A stretch of DNA of 64,000 nt from Pseudomonadota bacterium (GTDB lineage Bacteria > Bdellovibrionota > Bdellovibrionia > Bdellovibrionales > Bdellovibrionaceae), in the NCBI GenBank assembly GCA_041178425.1, contig JBEGVH010000006.1, positions 32,001 through 96,000 of the forward strand, in the 5' to 3' direction. Of this stretch, positions 39,343 through 48,767 are shown one piece after another. The notes below the pieces were generated by a model, which was not told where the DNA came from, made no database searches, and saw nothing but the letters and a program-made list of their open reading frames with translations. The number at the start of each line of letters is the position of its first letter. Positions within the stretch are counted from its first letter, which is position 1. The position numbers and the translations under genes are program-made.

Positions 39343-40626
39343 ATGAAAATTCTTATCACAGGGGGAACAGGCCTTATCGGCAGAGCTTTGGCGAAAGAGC
39401 TTGTTCTTCGTGGTCATCAGATTGTGGTGCTCACTCGTAAAAACACAGTCGCTCGTAGTGAAAATCTGCTTCCCTTTCCACACGAAATTATCGAAGGTGA
39501 TTTAACTCTCAATCCCATTCCTGAGCTCGCTCAAAAAGGCATCGAAGCCATCGTCCATTTGCTCGGTGAGTCTTTGGGGCAGCGTTGGACCACTGAAGTT
39601 AAAACTAGAATTTATCGATCAAGAGTTGATTCAACTGAGAATTTAAAAAAATCATTCGGAGCCGCTTGGGACAATGTGAGAGTTTTTGTGGGTGCTTCGT
39701 CGATCGGATATTACGGAGATGCGGCCGACAAGGCCTTGAATGAAATGAGTCCAAGAGGCCGAGGCTTTTTGTCGGAACTCTGTGGTGATTGGGAAGCCGC
39801 GCAGTCGGAAATTCAACACATGAATGCCAATTTAAGATTGGTAACTCTGAGAATAGGACTAGTTTTGGCACGGGAGGGTGGCATTTTGCGACGACTATTG
39901 CCAACATTCCTAGCTCACTTGGGTGGCAATCTTGGTTCGGGTCAGCAGTGGCAGAGTTGGATACATGTTGATGACTTAGTGAGACTGGTGAGTACGGCGT
40001 TGGAAGATGATAGGTTTGTGGGTGTCTTCAATGCCGTTTCGCCTGAACCTGTTCGCAACAAGCGAGTCACTCTAGAATTAGAGCGAGTTCTTAATGTGGT
40101 GGCAATTACACCGCTACCGATGGCCCTTCTTGAAATGCTCTATGGCGAAACCAGTGACATCTTACTGATGTCTCAAAGAGTCTACCCCCACAAAGCCCAT
40201 TCCTTGGGGTTTTCATTTAAGTATAGCCTTCTAAAGATGGCTCTCCAAAATATTCTTGGTCATTATCGATCAGGCGAAAAGGAGTTGGTCAACGAACGGT
40301 ATTTTGCAGAATCGATCGATGCTGTGAAAGCGAAAGTGTTGGGACGAGAAGGTGTGGAGGCTTCACACCGTGACTATCAATTTCACATCGGTAAGGTGCG
40401 TTTGTTCTGTCGTGCTGTTCTCGAAGAAAATCCCAATAATGATCTCGTGATCGAGCGGCAAACCAAAGGGCCTTACAAAACGTGGTCTCGATCTGTGGAA
40501 TTTAGATCGATTGGTCATGGAGTGATAGTGAAGGAAACTATTCGCTTTGGGTTTAAGATGAGGTGGTTATCCAATCTGTTAGGGGCAAAAAAAATAGTCG
40601 AACAACACCTCCAGCAGTTAAACTAA
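39343..40626 (+). CDS. TIGR01777/YfcH-like NAD-dependent epimerase with degenerate SRPBCC-like C-terminal domain
   Basis: ITGGTGLIG, SRVDST, GFLSELC..WE, GSGQQWQSWIH, QTKGPY. Confidence 0.85.
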   Translation: MKILITGGTGLIGRALAKELVLRGHQIVVLTRKNTVARSENLLPFPHEIIEGDLTLNPIPELAQKGIEAIVHLLGESLGQRWTTEVKTRIYRSRVDSTENLKKSFGAAWDNVRVFVGASSIGYYGDAADKALNEMSPRGRGFLSELCGDWEAAQSEIQHMNANLRLVTLRIGLVLAREGGILRRLLPTFLAHLGGNLGSGQQWQSWIHVDDLVRLVSTALEDDRFVGVFNAVSPEPVRNKRVTLELERVLNVVAITPLPMALLEMLYGETSDILLMSQRVYPHKAHSLGFSFKYSLLKMALQNILGHYRSGEKELVNERYFAESIDAVKAKVLGREGVEASHRDYQFHIGKVRLFCRAVLEENPNNDLVIERQTKGPYKTWSRSVEFRSIGHGVIVKETIRFGFKMRWLSNLLGAKKIVEQHLQQLN

Positions 40627-40628
40627 AT

Positions 40629-42572
40629 CTATTTAAGTTTACGAACTAGTTGTTGGGCTCGACGCCAGTTGTTTTCAGCTTGATTGTTGGCAAAAGCTTC
40701 TTGGTAGTAACAGTCAAAGAGGGCATCGATAAGGGGTTTCAGCAGAGGTCGCTCCCTGATGATTCGCTGTTTCCATTCTTCGGGTGCTTCGGCAAACTGA
40801 TTGCCTAGATGAATTGGGTACAATGAATTATTGATCAGACTATAGATTTTTTGTGAGCGTGAGAGTTTTTGGCGAGTTCTAAAGAGCCAACTGAGACTAA
40901 GTGATAAAATTAAGGTGCCGAGCATTCCTAAGAGAACGGCCAATCCTATGTTAATTCCTAATTCAGCGAGGAGTTGCTTCTGTTTGTCGATATCGAAGTT
41001 GAGAATAAAGTGGCTCCACCGATAATTTAGGTTTTCAATAAAGAACAGCAAAGATTGACCTGCTCCGCCCTTGAAGGAGTGAAGGTTGAATCCCAAAATA
41101 TTCCAGGCGTTTGATGAGGATTCTTTTGGTTCGAGTCTGTTAGAAGCCACTAGGGGTTTAAAAGGGTTCACCGCATTTGTAGGATCGTAGCGATGCCATT
41201 GATTCGTGCTATCAACATACTCAACCCAAGCGTGAGCGTGTTTTTGTCGTATGGTCCAAAAATTCCCGATCGGGTTATAGTCACCCCCAAGATAACCCAC
41301 AACCACTCTGGCAGGAACTCCTGACTCATTCAAGAGCAGAGCCGCAGCGGAGGCAAAATGTTCGCAAAAACCCTTTTGCGTTTTAAAAAGAAAATCAGCA
41401 AGAGACAGTTCGCCTCCGTCCATTGGGCTTAAGGTGTACTGAAATCGATGGTCTGCAAAGAAATCAGTGATGTTTTTTTCTAAGGATTCAGGAGAGGAAG
41501 AGTTTTTTCTTAGTTCGCCCACGAGCTGAATAACCTGGGGTGACGTGCTTTGCGTAAAATGAATCTCTGATTCGGAATTCCGACGGGGGCGTTGCAAGGA
41601 CAGTGTTGGTTTGATTCGATAAATAATTCGCTTGGTGATGGGGGTGTTGTAGCGAAAGGCGCCCTCGGAGTTCATCGACACGGAGTCGGTGTCGGCGACG
41701 AGAGCGTCAGTGTGTTCGAGAGTGAAAAGCCAGCTACTTTCACTGGGCTCAAGAGTGATTCGTAGGGATGGCTCATTTGAACTGATCATTGAGAAAACGA
41801 TGTCTTTTGGGTCAAGTGAAGAGTTGCGCTTCCACTTCAGATTTTGAGCTTGAGTGAGGGCAAGGCCTCGCCAATAAAGAGCGGTAGTGTTAGGTTTTAG
41901 ATTTACGAACTCGGCTCTAAAAGCAACATCCTCTGAAGTGGCCAGAGCTGAGACACTTCCTGGGGCCACGTCTTCCGAAAAACCAATAACTCCTTCTCGT
42001 TTGTCGTTGCTTTCTGTTATAAACATTTCATTTGAAAAACGAGGAAAATAAAAAAACAAAAAAGCCGCTAGAGGTGCTGCTAAAAGCAAACTTTGCGCAG
42101 TGTAAAGACCCGCCTTTCGAGGGAACCTTTCTCGAAAGGGATGGGTTAAGAGATGATAAACCAAGACAATCATCGCAGGAAAACCAAGACTAAACCAAAA
42201 AAGATCAATATCGAAAAGAAATTTAGATGTTATTAGATAGAGTCCGAGCAAAATGAGAAAGCCCTTCTCTTTAGAGTTTTGGTACTCTAAAACCTTCAAC
42301 CCTAATAAAATAACAAGAAAACTCGATGAGGAGTCTTTACCCGTGAGGGATCGAAAAAAGAAATAATTGATTCCCATGAACAAGATCGAAAAAAAACCAG
42401 TAACCCAACGTGATGGCGCTTTCCACTCTGCTCGATCAATCACCAAACGGTAGAACCAAAATATCAGGGCAGAGGCAAAAGCCCATGATGGAATATCTGG
42501 CAGTAGTAAGAAGGTCGAAAGCAAGAGGCAAAAAGCGAGCGACGGATCATTAAAGATAGATGCGCCCCTCAT
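40629..42572 (-). CDS. Membrane transglutaminase-like protein (TgpA/DUF3488)
   Basis: N-terminal TM region, LYWRG, GFCEHFA, HAHAWVE, YDPT triad; ATGA overlap with the DUF58 gene. Confidence 0.9.
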   Translation of the reverse strand: MRGASIFNDPSLAFCLLLSTFLLLPDIPSWAFASALIFWFYRLVIDRAEWKAPSRWVTGFFSILFMGINYFFFRSLTGKDSSSSFLVILLGLKVLEYQNSKEKGFLILLGLYLITSKFLFDIDLFWFSLGFPAMIVLVYHLLTHPFRERFPRKAGLYTAQSLLLAAPLAAFLFFYFPRFSNEMFITESNDKREGVIGFSEDVAPGSVSALATSEDVAFRAEFVNLKPNTTALYWRGLALTQAQNLKWKRNSSLDPKDIVFSMISSNEPSLRITLEPSESSWLFTLEHTDALVADTDSVSMNSEGAFRYNTPITKRIIYRIKPTLSLQRPRRNSESEIHFTQSTSPQVIQLVGELRKNSSSPESLEKNITDFFADHRFQYTLSPMDGGELSLADFLFKTQKGFCEHFASAAALLLNESGVPARVVVGYLGGDYNPIGNFWTIRQKHAHAWVEYVDSTNQWHRYDPTNAVNPFKPLVASNRLEPKESSSNAWNILGFNLHSFKGGAGQSLLFFIENLNYRWSHFILNFDIDKQKQLLAELGINIGLAVLLGMLGTLILSLSLSWLFRTRQKLSRSQKIYSLINNSLYPIHLGNQFAEAPEEWKQRIIRERPLLKPLIDALFDCYYQEAFANNQAENNWRRAQQLVRKLK

Positions 42573-43528
42573 GGTGGAGTTCCCTTTGATAAAACAGCGG
42601 CGTCCAAAAGAGACAGTTGGGTGAGGCATTCAATGGCATGTTCGTGGGAGGAGTCAGCCGAGCTTTTTCCTCGGGGCGTTTCCAAAACAAATTTCAATTT
42701 CTTGCGACGACAAACATCGATCCATTGACTGAGTTGCGAAATTCGCAACTCAGGGCTCTCGCGTTGATTCGTTTGTCGCCACGAGAGGAGTTGTGAACCT
42801 TGATTTTCAGTCTCAAAGAGTTTCACATTGAGTTTTTGATGGCGAGCGTAGGCTTTCCAATCAATATGTCGGAGAGAGTCGAAGGATTGGTAAGGGCGAT
42901 GGCCCAAGAAATCTTGCCCGTGGTCAGGGCTCCGTCGATGAAGATTTGATTCATCGGGGCCCAGCTCACCTTGAGGTGGCAGTTGAAGCGACCCCTTACG
43001 AGCCGGAAATACGAGAAGCTTTTCTTGTGGCCGCAGTATCTTCCAGCTCCGAAGAAGCCCGAGTGGAAAAGTGGTTTGGGCGATGAGAGTGGGGTAGGGA
43101 TGAAGCCCTCGGTGAGTAAGAATGACCGGAATCTCAATAGCAGTAGTAGATTTTTGTTCAACATGTGAGACAGGGGTTTGGGGGCCGACGCCCTCAAAAA
43201 AAACATCTACATCATAAACAGGTTGGGTGGAGGTATTTTCAATCAAAACTTGAAGTTTGGTAGGATAGTCGGCAAAAATTTCTTGAGGCGGGAGCACCGT
43301 TAAACGTAATCGGTGCATGTTAAAATTGGTCTGAAACATGGTGATAAAACCGAGGCTTGTTAAAGAGAAACACGAAAAATAGGCAATGTTATTATTGTAG
43401 ATAAAAGCAATGCCCAGCAAAATCAGGCAGAGCACCGCGAAGTACAGCCCCAGTTTTGTTGGAACAATATAAGTTCGGTGTTCGGGCAATCTTTTATTGA
43501 GGGATTGCCACAGAGTTGAGAAGTTCAA
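42569..43528 (-). CDS. DUF58 family protein
   Basis: PTKLG, FPLGL, DF.GHRPY...DSLRHIDWKAYAR. Confidence 0.9.
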   Translation of the reverse strand: MNFSTLWQSLNKRLPEHRTYIVPTKLGLYFAVLCLILLGIAFIYNNNIAYFSCFSLTSLGFITMFQTNFNMHRLRLTVLPPQEIFADYPTKLQVLIENTSTQPVYDVDVFFEGVGPQTPVSHVEQKSTTAIEIPVILTHRGLHPYPTLIAQTTFPLGLLRSWKILRPQEKLLVFPARKGSLQLPPQGELGPDESNLHRRSPDHGQDFLGHRPYQSFDSLRHIDWKAYARHQKLNVKLFETENQGSQLLSWRQTNQRESPELRISQLSQWIDVCRRKKLKFVLETPRGKSSADSSHEHAIECLTQLSLLDAAVLSKGTPP

Positions 43529-44414
43529 AAGCTTTTATCCTCCCAAAGTCAATGCCGTCCGCACCACCCAATCGATGCGCTAATACCGCAGTAGCAATCG
43601 CCTTCACATCATCAGGCAAACAAAAATTTCTTCCTTTTAGGTAGGCACGAGCCCTGGCTGCGCGACTGAGTGCAATGCCTGTTCTGGTAGATAGGGGTAA
43701 GTAGAGATTTTGATGTTGGCGACTGTAGTTTAATAAGTCAGCAATATATTTTGCAAGCAACTCACTGATGGTGACTTGCGAGATTGCATGCTGAGTGGCT
43801 ACGAGTGTTTCGGTGGAGACGAGAGGCTGAAGAGAACTCAATTGCTCGCGAGGGTTTTGGCCAAGGAAAATGGCAACTTCCGAATGATAAGAAGCGTAGT
43901 TCATTCCTATCGACATCAGAAAACGGTCGAGCTGGCTCTCTGGCAGTGGAAACGTGCCTGTTTGGTTTCGTGGATTTTGTGTGGCAAACAGAAAAAAGGG
44001 TCGTGGCAGAGAGTGAGTAGATCGGTCAATCGAAACAACCCCTTCCTCCATAGCCTGCAAAAGGGCGCTCTGAGTGCGAGGATTGGCCCTGTTTAGTTCG
44101 TCAGCCAGAACCAGTTCAGCAAAAAGCGGGCCTGGAATAAATTGGAACTCTTTTTTTTCTTGATCGTAAATGGAGTTTCCCAAAATATCGGAAGGTAGCA
44201 GATCGCTCGTAAATTGAATGCGTGAATAGTTGAGATTTAGAAGTTTTGCCAAAGTTTGAACGAGTGTTGTTTTTCCCACTCCTGGCACATCTTCAATCAA
44301 TAAATGACCGCCCGCAAGCAGGCACGTGAGCGCCATTTCAACTTCGTTCGTTTTGTCTAAAATGATCTCAGACGCTTTTTGGATAACCTGTGGCCAGATC
44401 GAATCATTACTCAT
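43494..44414 (-). CDS. moxR: MoxR family AAA+ ATPase
   Basis: HLLIEDVPGVGKT, RIQFTSDLLPSD, DELNRA, ATQNP, PLPESQLDRF. Confidence 0.95.
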   Translation of the reverse strand: MSNDSIWPQVIQKASEIILDKTNEVEMALTCLLAGGHLLIEDVPGVGKTTLVQTLAKLLNLNYSRIQFTSDLLPSDILGNSIYDQEKKEFQFIPGPLFAELVLADELNRANPRTQSALLQAMEEGVVSIDRSTHSLPRPFFLFATQNPRNQTGTFPLPESQLDRFLMSIGMNYASYHSEVAIFLGQNPREQLSSLQPLVSTETLVATQHAISQVTISELLAKYIADLLNYSRQHQNLYLPLSTRTGIALSRAARARAYLKGRNFCLPDDVKAIATAVLAHRLGGADGIDFGRIKAFELLNSVAIPQ

Positions 44415-44420
44415 TCTTTA

Positions 44421-44449
44421 ATTTTGAATTTTGTTGGGCGGATCGTCAA
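44421..44449 (-). promoter_or_regulatory. Sigma70-type promoter implying a leaderless moxR mRNA
   Basis: TTGACG-N17-CAAAAT ending 6 nt before ATG; no SD. Confidence 0.5.
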
Positions 44450-44582
44450 ACCAGAGACGAAGAATTTGACTAAAAGCCTGATAGTATTGGAGTCTTAGGT
44501 TTTGGGGCTAGTCGAGGGTGTCTCTTTGTTTTGCTAGTTTCGAATCGTAAGAGAATGTAAAAAATTAATTTGAGAGAGTGTC

Positions 44583-45695
44583 ATGAAAAAATTAGGAATG
44601 GTTGGCTGGCGAGGCATGGTGGGTTCTGTTTTGATGGAACGCATGAACGCAGAGAATGATTGGAAATTGGTCGAGCCCTTCTTTTTCTCCACATCAAGCA
44701 AAGGTTTTGAAGGGCCCGACATTGGCCAAGGTAAACAAAAACTATTGGATGCTAACAGTATTGCTGATCTCTCTCAAATGGATATCATTCTTTCTTGCCA
44801 GGGGGGCGACTATACCTCTGACATTTTTCCCCAATTGCGTAAAGCGGGGTGGCAGGGGTTCTGGATTGATGCGGCCTCGACCCTTCGTATGCAGCCGGAT
44901 GCGGTCATTATTCTCGATCCTGTGAATGGTGATTCTATTCGCCAGGAGTTAGTGAGGGGAACAAAGAACTTTATTGGGGGGAACTGCACGGTGTCGCTGA
45001 TGCTGATGGCCCTGGGTGGTTTATTTCAACACAATCTTGTTGAATGGATGACCTCCATGACCTATCAGGCGGCCTCGGGAGCGGGCGCTAATAATATGCG
45101 TGAGCTTCTCAAACAAATGGCTGTTCTTGGAGAATCCACAAAGAGTTTTGTGGATGATCCTTCTCGTGGGATTCTTGAGATTGATAGGCAAGTGCAAGCT
45201 CAAATGCGTGGAGATTCGTTCCCAAAAGATTTCTTTGGGGTGCCTCTCGCAGGCTCTCTGATTCCATGGATTGATAAAGAATTCGAAAACGGTCAGAGTC
45301 GTGAGGAATGGAAAGGGCTTGTCGAGACCAATAAAATTCTGGGTCGTGATAGTAAGCCGATTCCTATCGACGGTACTTGTGTGCGCGTAGGAGCCATGAG
45401 GTGCCACAGTCAGGCTTTGACAATTAAACTCAATCGAGATGTTCCTCTTGATGAGATAAACGCAATGATTGCAGCCCATAATCAATGGGTGCAAGTGGTT
45501 CCTAATCGTCGCGAAGAAACAATTCAAAATCTAACGCCAACGTTTGTTTCTGGAACCCTAAGTGTACCGGTGGGGCGCCTGCGTAAAATGAACTTAGGTT
45601 CTCAGTACCTCAATGCCTTCACCTGCGGTGATCAGCTCCTCTGGGGAGCGGCAGAGCCCCTTCGTCGAATGCTCCGCCTTTTGATCGAGGGTTAG
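44583..45695 (+). CDS. asd: Aspartate-semialdehyde dehydrogenase
   Basis: [52 protein letters not shown]. Confidence 0.97.
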   Translation: MKKLGMVGWRGMVGSVLMERMNAENDWKLVEPFFFSTSSKGFEGPDIGQGKQKLLDANSIADLSQMDIILSCQGGDYTSDIFPQLRKAGWQGFWIDAASTLRMQPDAVIILDPVNGDSIRQELVRGTKNFIGGNCTVSLMLMALGGLFQHNLVEWMTSMTYQAASGAGANNMRELLKQMAVLGESTKSFVDDPSRGILEIDRQVQAQMRGDSFPKDFFGVPLAGSLIPWIDKEFENGQSREEWKGLVETNKILGRDSKPIPIDGTCVRVGAMRCHSQALTIKLNRDVPLDEINAMIAAHNQWVQVVPNRREETIQNLTPTFVSGTLSVPVGRLRKMNLGSQYLNAFTCGDQLLWGAAEPLRRMLRLLIEG

Positions 45696-45715
45696 TGAGT
45701 TTAGAAACGCGTGGG

Positions 45716-46066
45716 TCACTTTTTTTCTTCTGATTTTTGGGACTCAAGCTTTTTTATTTTCTCATCCATTTTTTCGCGATGGTCTTTCATTTTTTCGAGG
45801 TGCTTCTCTTTGAGGTCAGCCCGCAGTCCCTTCATTGCGTCACGGTGCTCTTTGCGACAGTGCCTTATGTCTTCTGGCTTCATTGATCCATTCACACAGC
45901 CCTTGAATTTATTCAGGGATTCTATCTGTTCGTCGATGGCCTTGACGGCTTGGGTTTTATGAGACTCAAACTGAGCGCTCGCGTCTTTGTCGCCATCGCT
46001 GCTCCAGGCGTTAGAACTGGTCAGTAAGGTGAGGCCGAGAAGGGTGCGTGCAATGAGTATTTTCAT
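45716..46066 (-). CDS. Small secreted charged helical protein (two Cys)
   Basis: Signal peptide, AAGGAG SD, K/E-rich; GCCGATAA sigma28-like -10 upstream at 46095-46102. Confidence 0.75.
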   Translation of the reverse strand: MKILIARTLLGLTLLTSSNAWSSDGDKDASAQFESHKTQAVKAIDEQIESLNKFKGCVNGSMKPEDIRHCRKEHRDAMKGLRADLKEKHLEKMKDHREKMDEKIKKLESQKSEEKK

Positions 46067-46345
46067 AAAAGCTCCTTTTAAAGTCCTAGACTCGTTATCG
46101 GCCTTTGGCTAGGCGGGCTAAAGAGGAGAGCTCAAATAAAAATGCTAGGATCTCGCGGAATTGTTTTATTTTTTGACAGTTTCGGTCAATTTGACGGGGA
46201 TAAATAGAATTTATAGACCTCTAAGTGTTGTAAAAACGAGTTCAGTAAAAAAAAGCTTTTCATGGAGGTTGGGTCAATTTTTAAATTGACCCACCACTTC
46301 AGCTTCAATAAGGATCGAGGTCTCCAAGGAAAAGGGGTAAAAATC

Positions 46346-47461
46346 ATGCAGAAAAACGGGATGTTTCTATTTATTTTAGTGTTCAATATTTTTTATTTGA
46401 ATTTTTCGAGAGCTGAGAGTTCTCATCGATACATTATTCGATTTAAGCCCACGTTTAAGGCATCAACGGTTATGGAGTCTTACTCCCATTTAGCCATTAA
46501 AAATAAATACGACACCCTTTGGTCTGGCTTCTCGGCGTCGTTGACACCCAATGATCTTCAGCAACTTAAAAACGACGATCGAATTGAAGAGGTGTTTGAA
46601 GATCAAGAGGTTCATCTGGATGGTCTGAACGTGCAGCAAAATGCCTCTTGGGGGTTGAGTCGCATCGATCAACGTCAGCGACTGTCTGATGATTTTTATG
46701 AATACGCTTACACGGGCGAAGGAATTACCGTTTATATTATAGATACGGGAATTAACATTCGTCATAGCGAGTTTCAAGGGCGCGCTCAGATCGGTGCGAG
46801 TTTCGTGAGAGCCTCTAAGAGTGACGGAGGCGATTGCCACGGTCATGGCAGTCATGTTGCTGCCATCGTGGGTGGAAAAGAGTTTGGCGTGGCGAAAAAA
46901 GTTAAGCTCGTCGGTCTCAGAACTTTAGATTGCAAAGGAAGTGGATCTCTCAGCGATATTCTAGAAGCCCTTGATTGGGTGGGTAGATACGGGCCTTCGC
47001 GTTCGGTCGTAAATATTTCGATTGGTACTATCGCAAGTAAGCACCTTGACGACACTATTGGGCTGCTCGTAGCGAGAGGTGTGACTGTTGTTGTTTCTGC
47101 GGGAAACTCATCACAAGATGCCTGTTTACAATCTCCAGCCCGTGCGCCTGCTGCGATTACCGTCGGTGCGATCGAGCAAGGAGATAGGAAAGCCTTTTTT
47201 TCAAATGATGGTCCCTGTGTTGATGTGTTCGCTCCTGGCACCGATATCCTTTCTGCTCATAAAGGTCATCGCACATCGACTAAAGTTTTGAGTGGAACTT
47301 CGATGGCGACTCCCTTTGTGACGGGAGTTATGGCTCTCGCCATTCAGCAGTTTCCTAAAAAATCAACAGCCACCATTCGCAAGTATGTTCTTGAGCGAGC
47401 CACCGAGGGCGTTGTGATTGATGCTTCCGCGTCTAAAAACAATGTGATTTATTCGCGTTAG
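46346..47461 (+). CDS. Secreted S8 proteinase K/aqualysin-like protease with I9 propeptide
   Basis: YII.F propeptide, WGLSRIDQ, IDTGI, HGHGSHVA, SAGN, GTSMATP. Confidence 0.93.
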   Translation: MQKNGMFLFILVFNIFYLNFSRAESSHRYIIRFKPTFKASTVMESYSHLAIKNKYDTLWSGFSASLTPNDLQQLKNDDRIEEVFEDQEVHLDGLNVQQNASWGLSRIDQRQRLSDDFYEYAYTGEGITVYIIDTGINIRHSEFQGRAQIGASFVRASKSDGGDCHGHGSHVAAIVGGKEFGVAKKVKLVGLRTLDCKGSGSLSDILEALDWVGRYGPSRSVVNISIGTIASKHLDDTIGLLVARGVTVVVSAGNSSQDACLQSPARAPAAITVGAIEQGDRKAFFSNDGPCVDVFAPGTDILSAHKGHRTSTKVLSGTSMATPFVTGVMALAIQQFPKKSTATIRKYVLERATEGVVIDASASKNNVIYSR

Positions 47462-48630
47462 AGTTTTGTAAAAAGTTTGGCGCAGCGTGGTTGTGCCGAT
47501 TCTCGTATGAGATCGAAGAGTGTGTCGAAAGGGAGGTAAGGATTTCCTCCCTTTTCCTCAAAATGTGAGTCAGTGCCTTTCCCTCCTGCAAACCATATAA
47601 AATCAATGCCTCTCAGAGAATTCTCGTTGAGCCATTTTCCACCAACCGATTTATTTTGGTTGTCGAGGTATAAAAAATAGGAAACATTCATTTTTGATAA
47701 AAACTCGCCACTTGCCACTTTTGCTTTGGTCTGGCGATTACTCTTTTTAATATCGACTTCTCCAAGCGTTTCTAGTTCCACTTCGATGAGAATTTTTTTG
47801 GCGGCCTGAGGGTGTTCAGTCATCTCCTCTTCGTTTAAAAAATAACCTTCGCTCAGTTGGCGATGATAGCCTACTACTGTTTCGTTCCAAAGTTCAGATC
47901 CAAGATGACTATCAATGATAAAACCTTTTTTGTTGTGGGCGAGAAAGTAGCGCAGAGTTAAATCGAAGATGGCGGGATTTGGCTGATTTTCTGCAAAAGA
48001 AGCGACGGTGGGTTCACCGATCTGGGCGTATTTTTCGGTAAAAAAGTAACTCGCAGAGGCCAAAGCCTTTAAATCGGCCGGTGTAAACGAAAGGGGGATA
48101 CCGTCAGTATTTGTTCGAACTACGAGGTGTTGAGGTTCGGGGAGTAAAAGGCCAGCACAGCGAGCGCCATTACAAAAACCTTCCCAATCTTCGGGATAGG
48201 GATCTCTGAATGGTCCTCGCTGGTAGAGTTCATGAAGCGTGCCCGGAAACGAATATTGGCCAAGAAGAATGTCGAACTTTTCGATAGGAGACAACTTTTG
48301 TAAGTCTTTTGGGCTCATGGCCACTAGAGTATCGCGATCCAGTACGAACTCCGGATAAAATCCCCTTTGCCATTGATTGGCGATGCCCCCTGATTGCATC
48401 GGAAAGTAATTACCTGCCCAGGGAGCCTCCTCAGAGGCGAGGCGAAACTGCTGGAGCCCTTGATAGGGATTTAGGAACTCGTGTAGGTCGCCCTTTGGGG
48501 CGCTGGAAAATCTCAAGGCGTATTTGAGACGATCAATATCTTGTTTAAAGGCCGACGGTGGCGTAGCAGAGGCAAGGCCCGAACAAAGTAACAGAAAAAG
48601 AATGGAAAGCTTTAAAGATAAACTCATCAC
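47458..48630 (-). CDS. Secreted transglutaminase-elicitor-like protein
   Basis: PWAGNYFP..GGIA, LSPIEKFD, WEGFCNG, FTPADLKAL, NP..F, ELWN, G.W motifs. Confidence 0.7.
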   Translation of the reverse strand: MMSLSLKLSILFLLLCSGLASATPPSAFKQDIDRLKYALRFSSAPKGDLHEFLNPYQGLQQFRLASEEAPWAGNYFPMQSGGIANQWQRGFYPEFVLDRDTLVAMSPKDLQKLSPIEKFDILLGQYSFPGTLHELYQRGPFRDPYPEDWEGFCNGARCAGLLLPEPQHLVVRTNTDGIPLSFTPADLKALASASYFFTEKYAQIGEPTVASFAENQPNPAIFDLTLRYFLAHNKKGFIIDSHLGSELWNETVVGYHRQLSEGYFLNEEEMTEHPQAAKKILIEVELETLGEVDIKKSNRQTKAKVASGEFLSKMNVSYFLYLDNQNKSVGGKWLNENSLRGIDFIWFAGGKGTDSHFEEKGGNPYLPFDTLFDLIRESAQPRCAKLFTKL

Positions 48631-48672
48631 CCAACTCTCTTTCGCTGAATAACACCCATTGATTCAAGGGAA

Positions 48673-48688
48673 AGCAAGAAGTCGGCCA
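48673..48688 (-). promoter_or_regulatory. Sigma54 promoter for the TGase-elicitor-like gene
   Basis: TGGCCGACTTCTTGCT = TGGC-N7-TTGCT. Confidence 0.6.
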
Positions 48689-48767
48689 GGATCGAGGGTC
48701 TTTCTCTTTGCTGGCGATCTGTTGGTTAAGGAGGGGGGGAATGTGGTTCCCTGGGTGCCGGTAAAAC

